Positions 12,060 to 23,891 of a DNA stretch of 64,000 nt are shown here, in pieces (within the stretch, counting starts at the first letter, position 1; the number at the start of each line of letters is the position of its first letter). Below the pieces are notes generated by a model. It worked only from the letters and a program-made list of their open reading frames with translations, made no database searches and was not told the origin of the DNA. Both the position numbers and the translations under genes were made by a program. The stretch lies in contig OZ024761.1 in the NCBI GenBank assembly GCA_964016885.1, positions 17,980,001-18,044,000 of the forward strand, read 5' to 3'. The DNA is from Eledone cirrhosa. Taxonomy: Eukaryota.

Positions 12060-14190
12060 GAGGCTTAAAGGCTTAAAGTGCTTAATAAAAGATTCAGACG
12101 AAACCAAACACCAGTCTATGGAGATATGAAGGGCAAAATAATAAGTGTCACTGAGGCCCCATCCCAGAAAGACATAGATTCCTTTTGGAGAAAAATATGG
12201 GTGAAAAGAAGAATTTCAACCAAGATGCAGTGTGGGTAAGAGAAATCTGAAAGAACTATTGCTCCTACACTACAACAAAACCATACGAAATAAGTGAGGG
12301 TACCCTTGAGACTGTGATAGGAAAACTCCAAGATAAGAAAACACCAGGAAGAGACATGATTGTCGGCTACTGGTACAAAAAAACTAATATTCTATCGGAG
12401 GTATCTTACTGACCTCTCCCAACAAGTTCTTAAGGGACATACACTTATACCAGAATGGTTGACATTAGCACAAACGTTTCTGGTCCCCAAGAACAAAGAC
12501 ACCCACTTGGCAAAAAACTACCGACCCATTGCATGCCAGAACCTGATGTATAAGATGTATACAACCTGCCTGAACCTATTCCTCCAAGATCACTGTGAAA
12601 ATAATAACATCATCACAGATGAACAAGCAGCTGGAAAGAAAGGGGTTTGGGATGTGCTGAACAACTCCTAATCAACAAAACTGCGATGTCGGAGGTGCGA
12701 CAACTTAGGAGGAATATGGCTACAGTCTGGCTGGACTACAGGAAAGCTTTCGATTCTGTTCCCCACTCTTGGATGATAGAGACCCTCCAACTTGCTAAAG
12801 TCCCAGACATTATTGTCAGAGCCATAGAGAGGCTGTCTTCTTCTTGGGCTACTATCCTAAGGTTAAATACAGAGAGGGAGGACTCTATTTTCACTGATAA
12901 AATAAAATATTGCAGGGGTATATTTCAGGGGGACAGTCTCTCTGTGATATTATTCATCTTGTCATTAAACCCCTTGTCCTTTCTGCTCAAGAAATGTGAG
13001 GGATACATCATTGGTTCACGGGAGGACAGAAATACGAACCTAACCCATAATTTCTTTGTGGACGATCTGAAACGCTATGCCAAGAACATGGATGGGATGA
13101 AGAAAATTCTTGACCTGGTTACAACGTTCTCAAAGGATATAGGAATGGAGTTTGACCAAGATAAATGCTCATACATGACTGTAAAGCGGGGAAAAACAAC
13201 AACCCAATCTAGCAACATTGTCATCAATGGCCTAACTGTTTCACCGATATCTGATGAGGACTGCGACAGATACCTGGGGATAGATGAGAACATATCCTAT
13301 AATGGTATCTGTAATAAAGAACGCGTAACCAGGGAATACTACACCCGATTAAGAAAGATCTGGTCATCGGAACTCTCTGCGTAAAACAAAACAGTGGCTC
13401 ACAATGTGTTTGCTGTGCCTGTCCTAACACCAACGTTTGGAATACTCAATTGGACGATAGACGAAATCCGAGCAGTTGATGTTGGAACTCGAAAAATACT
13501 GAACACCACCGGAAACTTCCACATCAACAGTGACATAGACCGCCTTTACTTGGAACGTAAGCAGGGAGGCAGAGGCCTAACATCAGTCCAGACAACATTT
13601 GAATGTCGCATCATATCTTTCCGACAACATCTACGAACCTCGAAGCGTAGAAGCCCGTTTCTCGAGCAGATTTCATGAGCCCGTTTCATGAAACAGATAA
13701 GATCATGAAAGTTGGGAAGGAACTCCTTGAGAGATATTCCCTGTGTGATAATCAAAAACTAACACCCAGAGATGTTCAGCAACATCGCAGTGAATCCATG
13801 GATGAAAAACTGCATGCCTATCAGCAAAAAATCATGCATGGATATGTTGCCAGGAAGCTCCAGAGTGAGAGTAATATAGATAAGGAAAGTAGTCTATCTT
13901 GGACCAACAACCGTTATATTGGCTCCCACTTTGAAGGATAGGCTTTTGCAATCCAGGAACAGGCGATTAACACGAAATACCTGATTCACAAAAGAGATAG
14001 GGATGCAGGCAAAACACATAGATGTGATAACAAGTGCAGACTCTGCAGAACTAACATCGAGGATATCACCCATGTCATCAGCAGCTGTCCAAAGATGTCA
14101 TTGCGGTACTATCTACCTATGAGGCATGATGTAGTGGCCAAAACACTGTACAATGCAATCCGTAAAAAAGATAGCCCCGATAATAAACAC
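12060..14190 (+). mobile_element. Decayed non-LTR retrotransposon, R4/Dong-like (RT + CCHC knuckle, RLE type), truncated at both ends
   Basis: RT motifs KTPGRDMI, NYRPIAC, WLDYRKAFDSVPH, GIFQGDSLS, FFVDDLK and RYLG are present, followed by CRLC..EDITHVISSC and RHDVVAK. Frameshifts near 12380, 12645 and 13677; in-frame stops at 13382 and 13939. Confidence 0.85.
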
Positions 14191-14426
14191 ATTAAAACAC
14201 AATAGCAACACCACAACTTACAATTAAGGACAAAATGAAAACACACACACACATAGAACAAACAACCAACCAGTAACATGTAAATAAACAAATAAATAAA
14301 CAAATATAAACACACACAGGCACCCGGATGTAACACATGCGCAAACTAAGCACACAACACACACAAAAACAAGATGGCGTAGCACAGAACAAAGGAGAGG
14401 CACAAAAACAAAGAAAAGAATCCCCA

Positions 14427-14469
14427 GTCACTGAAGAGGTCACAGAATGTGTGACGAAAGAACTTTGAC
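14427..14469 (+). ncRNA. Degenerate minimal type I hammerhead ribozyme motif
   Basis: gtca-CTGAAGA-g-GTCAC agaatgt GTGAC-GAAA-gaac-TT-tgac: stem I gtca/tgac, stem II gtcac/gtgac and a minimal stem III. It follows an A/C-rich tract (14190-14420). Confidence 0.5.
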
Positions 14470-14681
14470 AATATATGAACAATCGTCTGGTTGTGGAACC
14501 AACCAACCAACCGGAAATTTATAAATTCTTAAATTTATAAATTTAATTTATAATAAATTGGAGTGAAAGCAACTGGTGCGTGTGTTTCTTATTGGCAACA
14601 TGACCCTCCCAAAGCATAACAATATCGGTTTCAACACACGTTTTCAGATAAAGAATCTTGCTAAACAAATTCAAAAACGAA

Positions 14682-14781
<100 letters not shown>

Positions 14782-15209
14782 TATTCCGCCAAGAAAGTTT
14801 CCCAAGTGAGATTATGACGTAGCAATTCAATAAGATAGGACTTCGTGATTACGATCACTTCATTTCTGCTTTTCTTTGATTGGCAGTTGAAAACAATGGC
14901 AGATTGATATTTATATGACTTATTGGATCTATTGCTTGGAACTAATTCATACGTAGTAATTATTTTAATCAATTTTCCCATAATTATATCAACAGTTCAT
15001 TGAATCGATATTTTTCCATCTTACATTCCATTTATCTATCTATCTAACAATCTCTCTCCCTCCCCTCTCTCTCCCACCCCCCTCTCTCTCTTTATATATA
15101 TATATATATATACTTGTTTCCTTCTTTTTACGTATTGATTGATTAGATTACTGTATCGATTTAAAGCTCATATATTTGTTTTACCTATGTTTGAACGGAG
15201 AACTTTAAA

Positions 15210-16007
15210 ATGCCGACACCATCTGGAGATGGTAAAGAACGCGAGATGAGCTTCTTCTCTCAGATCAAATCTAGCTTACGCAGGTTCTTTTTGTGTTGTA
15301 TTTGCTGCGAAGATTCTCCAGTCTATTTTGATCCCAAACCCAGCGAAATGGCTCGCCTGCTTCCTGGAACAAACCCCAACTTAACAACCCGCCCCTTAAC
15401 AACCCGCGCCTTAACAACCCGCCCCTCAACAACCCGCTCCTTAACAACCCACCCCTCAACAACCCGCTCCTTAACAACCCACCCCTTAACAACCCGCCCC
15501 TTAACAACAACCCCCTCCTTAACAACCTCCCTCTCAGCAACCTCCCCCTCAGCAACCACCCGCTCAGCAACCACCCACTCAGCACCCACCCGCTCAGCAA
15601 CCACCCGCTCAGCAACCACCCGCTCAGCAACCCCCCGCTCAGCAACCCCCCGCTCAGCAATCTCCCGCTCACCAACCACCTGCTCAGCACCCACCCCCTC
15701 AGCACGCCCCCTCTCACCAAAACCCCTCTCACCAAAACCCCTCTCAGCAAAACCCCCCTCAACCAACCAACCAGAACAGAAAACCAAAATGAAAACAAAA
15801 GCCAAAACAAAGGAAAAGAAGAACAGCCGAGTAGGTGACGAAGTGGAGAAACAACAGAATAAACGGAAAATATTAAAAACGTCAGAGGAGAAGGAAGATG
15901 AACTGGATGTACCAGAGCTGAAGGAACTAGAAGAGATAATGATCAACTACCTGGAAGATTTAGATTGGTTGGATGAAGATGACAAAAAAAATGACGAAAA
16001 TAATTGA
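15210..16007 (+). CDS. Orphan intronless 265-aa ORF: Cys-cluster N-terminus, T/S/P/R pentapeptide repeats, K/E-rich C-terminus
   Basis: aaaATG start. The frame stays open through 15/18-nt tandem repeats (TTRPL, ATTRS, PLSPK) and non-repetitive flanks. AATAAA at about 16226. No recognisable family. Confidence 0.45.
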   Translation: MPTPSGDGKEREMSFFSQIKSSLRRFFLCCICCEDSPVYFDPKPSEMARLLPGTNPNLTTRPLTTRALTTRPSTTRSLTTHPSTTRSLTTHPLTTRPLTTTPSLTTSLSATSPSATTRSATTHSAPTRSATTRSATTRSATPRSATPRSAISRSPTTCSAPTPSARPLSPKPLSPKPLSAKPPSTNQPEQKTKMKTKAKTKEKKNSRVGDEVEKQQNKRKILKTSEEKEDELDVPELKELEEIMINYLEDLDWLDEDDKKNDENN

Positions 16008-18481
16008 CGAGTGGAAAAGAAATATATTTAAAATAAGTTTACGTTTGCAATGTTGATGTCTAACAATGCCATTGCTTTAATCCTAAAAGACATGCAGTTC
16101 AACATAGAGTTTATTTGTCTAAAAAAACACAGACACATACACACGCGCACACATATACCAGTGTTTTCCAAAATGGATTTCGATGAATCCCGGGGATTTT
16201 CGAAATCAGGTGTGATTAACAATTGAATAAATAAAACTCAGTAATCATAAGATTAGATGGGTGTTGTATTTTTGTGAATAAAAATTTTCTTTCATCTAAT
16301 TTTACAATTTCTTGAGGTGTTTGGAGGGTTTGAAATTTGAAACGTTGGAATACACAGATTTTCTTGGATCCCAAATAATAGGAGGTGGGTGGAATAATCG
16401 GGGGAGTGGAAATAAGCAGAGGTGTTGGAAAATCGGTAATTTTTCCTGGCTGATTAAAAGAAAAACGGAATTAGTCGTTTAGTTTACATATTGAGACCCC
16501 ATCCCATCCTATTTATTTTGTAACGTAAGTTGGCGAATGAAAACCAAAACCTTAGCGGCAATTGTTTGCAGTTCTTAAAGAGAAGGGGAGATAATCTCAG
16601 GAAACTAAGAATTAATTTCTTAAATAAATTTACATGCTTAGGGGAAGGACCGACTGGATTTTCTTTGTAAGTCAGCGGATTGGCAGAGTCGTTAGAACGT
16701 GAGATAGAATATTTCGCGGTATTCGTTCCAGCTTTCAAATCCTGCCGAGGTCATCTTTGTCTTTGTTCCTTTCGAGGTCGATAAATATAGTAGCAGTTCT
16801 GTACTAGGGTCAATTCCACCCTCTCCCTCTTTCTCTTACTTGGTTGCATTCAAATCTGAAAATGAGAGTAGCTTCGCTAGGTTTGAAATGCCCAAGATAC
16901 GTCTTACGTCACTGCGGCGCCCCGACTACAATTCAACCAAGAGGTACGAGTCGATACATACATACAAACAAGATGTTACTTTTCCTGAGACTTTACCTCC
17001 CCCTATAAACAATTTTATTGCTTTTAAAAAAAAATGTCATTATAATCTTTTCTAATATTGGTCCAAGGCCAGCAATTTGGGAGGTGGGGGGAAATCGCAA
17101 CCCTCTTAATTGTATTATAATGAAAAAATCGATTTTATCGTGCCACGCAAATGTTTCGTAGTTCCGGTAGGCAAAATAGCGAATGCGTTACCCCCACTCC
17201 ACCCCCGCGGAATGGCAAAGGAGATGCGCCACTGAAATAACTGTTCTACCTGCCGGGGGTTCATTTCTATCCTGATCGAACTACTGAGTAGGCTGATGAT
17301 TGCTTTGCGCCAAATAAGAAACGAGAACTAAATTAGTTATTCCCTACTACCCACCACCACCATCACTATTAAATATAATTGCTCCGAACTTGACTAATTA
17401 TTTTCTGTGATGATAGCGTCCCTAGATAATTTCTCCAACGACATTTAACGTTGTTCTTACTCATTCACCCCTCCCTCTCTCTCATTCCTGAAGCGCCACC
17501 TTAGCGAATGAGGAAGAAATGAGGTAAATCAAGGGGGACATAACTCGGATTGGAAATGTCAACAGAACATGGCGACTGCCGAAGTGAGTCGAAGTTGTAG
17601 ATTATTTATAACAGTCGGGGTCGACTTCATTTGACAGACAGATATCTTGCTAATGGCCGAAGATCTTTGAGTTGGTTTTCGGTCGACATCCTGGCATAAT
17701 TCTTCTCCATATCCAACAACAATTCGCCATGACTTAATGACATAGAAGGACGCTCATAGTCCTTGATTATGAAAAAACATCCGTGATGTTTCGCCACTTG
17801 TTCCTCACTTGAGTGGAGTAAAGTAGAGATTGAGAATCTGTCACTCTTTAAGTACACGAAACACACACTCTCTCTCTCCCACTGCCTCTATCTTTATCTC
17901 TGTCTCTTTCCACCTTGAATGAACATAAACATTTCTTAGAAATTATTCACATTTACCACTGTAACTTACCAAATTCCAAATCTCACCACATCACATTTAT
18001 TCATACCATCCCATCCCCTACCACATCACACCATACCATACCATAACACAACACAACACACACTGTTTATTATTGTTGTTACTACTATCTCCACCATCAA
18101 CGTATTGTATCACCTCGTTGAATCTTCAACTTCCACATGTTCGATAAGGTAAGCCTAATTTACTTTCTGTTTTGTTCTTTTTTACTCTTATTCTCATATC
18201 TTTCTTTTTACCTTGCCCCCCCCCCCCCCTAGTCTCTTTCCTTTTTGTCTCCCCATCATCACTACAACCACCATCTCTCGTCTCTTTTTCTTTTTTTCAT
18301 CTATCTCCTTGTTTCTACCTTTCTCTTCACCGTCTCTCTTTAAACTACGTCTCTTTTCCATCTCCCTTTCTCTACATGTCGCACGGCCACCTTCCTTCTC
18401 TCTCTCTTTTTCCGTGTTTGTTTATCTGTATATCTACATCCCACCCATCTTATTATGACTCTATTTAAGCTTTCTTTATCT

Positions 18482-18516
<35 letters not shown>

Positions 18517-18990
18517 CACATACATCAGTCCTTCTCTCGGTTCCCAGTTCAAATCTCGCGGGGGAGGGGCGACATTGATTTTCATTCTTCGCGAGTCTGC
18601 CAATGTGAGATCGATATATGTAACAGTAAGATATTGAACTAGCTAATCTCTCGTCGTTTAGCATTTCCGTTTACAAAAATGTTTGGTTCCCAGTCGACCT
18701 CTTCGTGGCTACTCGCCATGCTGGAAACAGTAAACTAAATCTCCCTCAAATCACATTCTACTGTCTTCTTTTGGGGGTGGGGTGGCGGGGGACATTAGAT
18801 GATATAGTCCTAGAAACACGATGTCTTAATAAATTGTGAAATGATAACAGCTAGTACATCTACTCGACCAAGTATGGCTTGTAATCACCACCAGATTAAG
18901 TTCTTTTGAATATCTAAGCACTTCAAAGATTATGGTACCTTCCGTTTATAAAATCAGTAACACACACAAATATATATATCATTATATATA

Positions 18991-19210
18991 TAACGAAGGA
19001 ATTGTGGTAAGGAACCAGATGGACCATAACGCACCAGAGTACTCAATACTTAGGATAGTAGAGTGGGTAATAGGAAAAAAGTATGACCCCCGACGGCAGA
19101 ATTCAAGCCGTCTCGACGGGTATTTCTAGACTGTCTAGTCTAGACTGACTAGTTTAGAAATAGCCGTCGAAACCGCTTGAGCTCTGCCGTCGGAATCATA
19201 CTTTTTCCTA
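18991..19210 (-). mobile_element. Palindromic (fold-back) repeat, family A, carrying the 3' half of a hammerhead; (TA)n-embedded, Penelope-like
   Basis: Palindrome 19071-19210 plus a unique arm shared with 23087, 29914 and 62426. Confidence 0.6.
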
Positions 19211-19244
19211 TATATATATATATATATATAATGGCTAAACAGTG

Positions 19245-19300
19245 AGTCTTGTTACTCTCTGGAGTTTCACCTGCACGCTCATATGGTCATCAGACAGAGT
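19245..19300 (-). ncRNA. Hammerhead ribozyme-like motif (family B element 19231-19385)
   Basis: Minus strand tctgt-CTGATGA-ccatatgagcgtgcaggt-GAAACTC caga GAGT A-acaaga: 4-bp stem III and a GUA triplet. The stem II closing pair is non-canonical. Confidence 0.55.
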
Positions 19301-19562
19301 AACAAAACTCACTATTTAGCCATAATACATGAATATTTACACACTACATCTGTATTGGGGACTCTCCTTCGTCAACTACATACGAATATAAATTGTGCCC
19401 ATCTCTTGATGCCCTAAACATGTACTTATTTTGCTAATTCAGCCTTGCCTGGGGTTAAACAAAAACAGCTATACACACACACACACTTATATATATATAT
19501 ATAGATATAGATATATATAAATCATAACAATGTGAGAAGGCACATAATAAACTATGTCAGAT

Positions 19563-19598
<36 letters not shown>

Positions 19599-22055
19599 TA
19601 TACACATAGTGAAAGAGAGATGGGAGTACTCGATACATCTCCCCATGCATCGAGTACTCCCATGATTAGTGGTCTCCTCGGTCTCAGCACCGCAGACCCC
19701 CCCCCCTTTCTCTCCCTCTCTCTCTCTATATATATATATATATAAACACACACAAACAGGATGTATTTGTTTTCTCCTGCAGTGTTTGTTTTGGGTTAAT
19801 TTGAATAACTAATTAATGTGATTAAATATATTATTGAATTTTATCTAAACATCTACAGATCTACAGCTGTTGTTTAGCCCTATGATCAAATGTGTTTAGC
19901 AGTGACCACCCTGTCTTTTATTTAGTCATATCTGGAACTGCATTACTGAGTGTGTACTATCATGTCGTTGTTTAGCCCTAAGCCAGTTTTTATTCTGCAG
20001 ACCTATCACCAAATTTGTTCTAGCCATGACCACCCTCTTATATTAAGACTTAGTGTATCTAGATTTACATCATCTAATGTTACCTATCTTTTATTCACAG
20101 TGTATTTAGGACTACATTATTTATTACTAGCATAGTTACGTCCCTTTACAGTCTGAGTTCAAATCCCGCCGAGGTTAACTTTGCCTTTCATCCTTACGGG
20201 GGTCGATAAAATAATGTACTGGGTAATTGCTGGCCTTGTGCCTAAAGTAGAAACAATTATTTAATGATCTCAAGTGTCCTGTCTTTTCTTCAGACATAGT
20301 AAACCTAATTGTCTAATGTGTCAAGTATTTTATTCAGATATGTGTAAAAGACTACATTATCTAGTGTGTTCTGTATTTTATTCAGGCATTGTGTATCTAG
20401 GACTACATTATCCAGTGAGTCGTTCTTTGTTCTAGTTTCACCCACAGTCAGACCTGATCAAGCAGACCTATGATCAAAATCTTTCAGTCATGACCATAGT
20501 GTATCTATCACTTCATTAGTGTGATACAATGTTATTATTTTTGTTGCTTAGTCACAGGTCAAATAGTATATAAACAGATGTTCCAGCTGTGACTATCTTT
20601 TACTTTGGCACCATGTATCTTGGAGTACATTATTCTATGTGTTCTGATGTGAAACAGTGATTCCATTATGTCCATGACATTACAAACCCAGTCACTGCCA
20701 CCTCATGCACACACACACACACACATATATGGGTTAAATAGCCTCACCAACCTGCAATTGGGCAAGTGTGGTAAGTATGGCTACACCCTTGGCATGACCA
20801 AAACGAAAGTGAGAAGAGTGGAGGTCAACTCGGGAGAGGTTCCTCCAACAGGAGGGAGAAAGCTCTGGATTGGATTGGATATATATATAGTCTCAGAGCA
20901 TGTGATTAAAAGATAGTCAATGATGATGATATGTACTCTCCTTACCCCTTGCCACATCTCTGTCCAACATATGCAAGCATGAAAAGCAGGTAAGTGATCC
21001 TGCAGGTTCCACAACAAAAACATCTAGCCTACCCTATAAGGTGGTCATACTGGTCCCACAGCGTTAGGCATGCAGTCCACCATGTAAGGTGTTAGTGGAG
21101 ATACCACAAAAACAGTTCCCAGTACACCCTGTAAAGCAGTACTGGTGGTGCCATGTAAAAACGCTTGCCGTACATACTTGTTAAGTCGTTGGCATTGAGC
21201 AAGACATGTCCACCTGACCTGTCGGACCTCATGATGTGACAGCTTGCCTAAACCATGCACGCATGAAAAATGACTTTAAACAGTGGTGATGTTAATGATG
21301 TTGATATGTGTGTGTGTGTGTGTTATATGTGTATATATGCATATAGATATGTTTGTACACACATATGTGTGTGTGTATGTTTCGCATGAAGCACAACTAT
21401 GTCATTGATGTCAATAAGCTGATAGAGAGAACACATGGCACCTATTTACACCACACCCTCTTTTGTGTGTGTATATATATATATGTATATATATAAAAGT
21501 GTGCGTGTATATGTGTGTTTTTGTGTGCAGGTGTGTCTGTTTGTGTGTGATTGTGTATGTTTTTGACTGTTGTTTCCTAGTATTAACAGAAGAGATAAAT
21601 ATTTAAAGCAACATATATGTAAACATGTTTTTATGTATGTGTGTATGCATTATTGTGTATATATGTTGTTATGTATGTTTTTATATAAGTGTGTGCACTT
21701 CAGTTAAGTGCTAAGCACGGAATAATTCTGCTCTAGGTTGTATAGACACACACACACACATATATATACACATTTTCACGCACGCACACACATATATATA
21801 TATATATATATACATGCACACACATAAATATATATATATATATAAATATATATATATATAAATATATATATAGAGAGAGAAAAGGAGAGAGAGAGAGAGA
21901 GAGAGAAAGAGATGTGTGTGTATACATGGCAACACTGTAACGCTGATACTTTGGATGTTTGGTCATCATTGAAATATGTATAATGTTACCCAAAGTAGGG
22001 ACTGGATGACTCAACAAGGAGGATGACAAATGATCATCTTTCACTCACACACATA

Positions 22056-22086
<31 letters not shown>

Positions 22087-22217
22087 TATATTCTATCTAT
22101 TTATTATTTGAACAGATGAATAGTTACAGCAGAAAAACCTTGGTTTCTCCCTTTTGGAGATCTGTTCAAATAATAAATATTTGCTCTATATTTTGGTGTT
22201 TTGATCTTTGTATTTAT

Positions 22218-22251
<34 letters not shown>

Positions 22252-23000
22252 CTCTCTCTCTCTCTTCCATACACAAATATATTTACATATGATGTTTATA
22301 TATATATATATATATATGCAAGCGTGGAACACGGACGTTAAACGTTGATGATGATGATTTATATTGGTGTTAGGAAGCGCATCCAGCCAGAAACAGTTCT
22401 ATGCGAACACGAGACACGGTCACACAACCAATCTTGCCTCAAGTAGGACAAACCCGTCTAACCCATGCTAGCGTGGAAGATAGACGTTAAATGATTATGA
22501 TGATGATGATGATATGTATATTATATGTCTGCTTTCCATGTTGGCAAGGGTTGAACAGCTCCAAGACTAAGTGGGTTGAGGAACCACATTTTGCACATGT
22601 GTTCCAAGTGTGTGTGTATGTGATTAGTGTATTCAACCTGCTTATATGCACATATATAGATAAGTTCTCTGTATCCTGTTAGTTGTGTTGTTGTTTAGCC
22701 CCAGGTCAACTCTGATGGGGTAAAACCTTTAATCAAAGAAAGACATTCCAGCTGTGGCCATTTGCTTTGGGGCATGGCGGACTACATTATCTCGCGTGCT
22801 TTTTCCTTACTTTAAGATGGTCAGATTTGAGTGAGGTATGGCTGCTTTTTCTAGCAGTTCGTTTGACCATATAGAGGCTAGGCTGTCTTGTGTCCTATAG
22901 ATATATATTTACGCAGTCCCAATACAGATTAACTTAAATGTGATGGCTGGCTACAACACAAACATAACATCTGCTGCCTTATCACTCTTTCGCTCTCCGC

Positions 23001-23012
23001 CTCTCTCTCTCT

Positions 23013-23087
<75 letters not shown>
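23001..23087. repeat. (CT)n microsatellite
   Basis: Near-perfect CT run. Confidence 0.95.
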
Positions 23088-23088
<1 letters not shown>

Positions 23089-23289
23089 ACAAAGGAAATG
23101 TGGTAAGGAACCAGGTGGACCATAACTCACTAAAGTACTCAATACTTAGGGTAGTAGAGTGGGTAATAGGAACGAGTAGGACCCCGACGGCTGAGCTCAA
23201 GCCGTTTCGACGGCTAATTCTGGACTAATTAAGTCCAGAATTAGCCGTCTAAACGGCTTGGGTTCAACCGTCGGGGTCCTACTCGTTCC

Positions 23290-23293
<4 letters not shown>
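23087..23293 (-). mobile_element. Palindromic (fold-back) repeat, family A
   Basis: Palindrome 23166-23293. The minus strand reads gtc-GAAACGGC ttgagctca GCCGT C-gggg (hammerhead GAAA, stem III, GUC). Confidence 0.65.
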
Positions 23294-23342
<49 letters not shown>

Positions 23343-23407
23343 GATATGTTGATTTAAAACTTCACTGCTGACAAGTGTTTTTTTTTAAGCTTCATATCAT
23401 GTCTCCC

Positions 23408-23478
23408 TATTTTATCTGATGAGAACGCAGATGTCATCCCATGATGATATTTGTTTTTGAAATGCGCATAATAAAATA
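23408..23478 (+). ncRNA. Minimal type I hammerhead ribozyme (Penelope-like type)
   Basis: tattttat-CTGATGA(23416-22)-16-bp stem II with ccat loop-GAAA(23459-62)-tgcgca-TA-ataaaata. Perfect 8-bp stem I, palindromic GCGC loop III, AUA triplet with predicted cleavage after 23470. Sits in a ~165-bp insert between (TA)n runs. Confidence 0.8.
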
Positions 23479-23506
23479 ATTGGAACTTTTTTAGCCATCT
23501 TTTGAT

Positions 23507-23544
<38 letters not shown>

Positions 23545-23857
23545 TACAATAACAGAGATAGTTTAAAGCTAATCTCTGACTGGTAACCATCTCACTCAAC
23601 AAACATTAGGTTATATTTTAATATAAACCCAATTTAAGTGTTTGGGGTGCTAACAATATGTATTATGTGGAAAAGCCAGTTGTATTATTTTACGAGATAT
23701 AATTAAAGTTAAAATATATCTCTCATTCCAAACATATATATATATATAATATATGTAGAGACTTATTGCTCCAATCAGTCTACTAACACTCAGCAAATAC
23801 CCTAAACCAGATGCCAACCTGTACCCATGACTCCTGCCAAACAAACCGTACTCACCT

Positions 23858-23891
<34 letters not shown>

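Noticed and set aside
15271-15946. Antisense ORFs over the 15-nt repeat
   Set aside because: Shadow frames of a stop-poor repeat; the + strand ORF has the better start and non-repetitive flanks.
17293-17335. CTGATGA...GAAAC spacing like a hammerhead
   Set aside because: No stem I or stem III pairing and no NUH in position.
17627-17866. 79-aa minus-strand ORF in unique sequence
   Set aside because: No recognisable domain or supporting splice structure; more likely promoter or UTR sequence.
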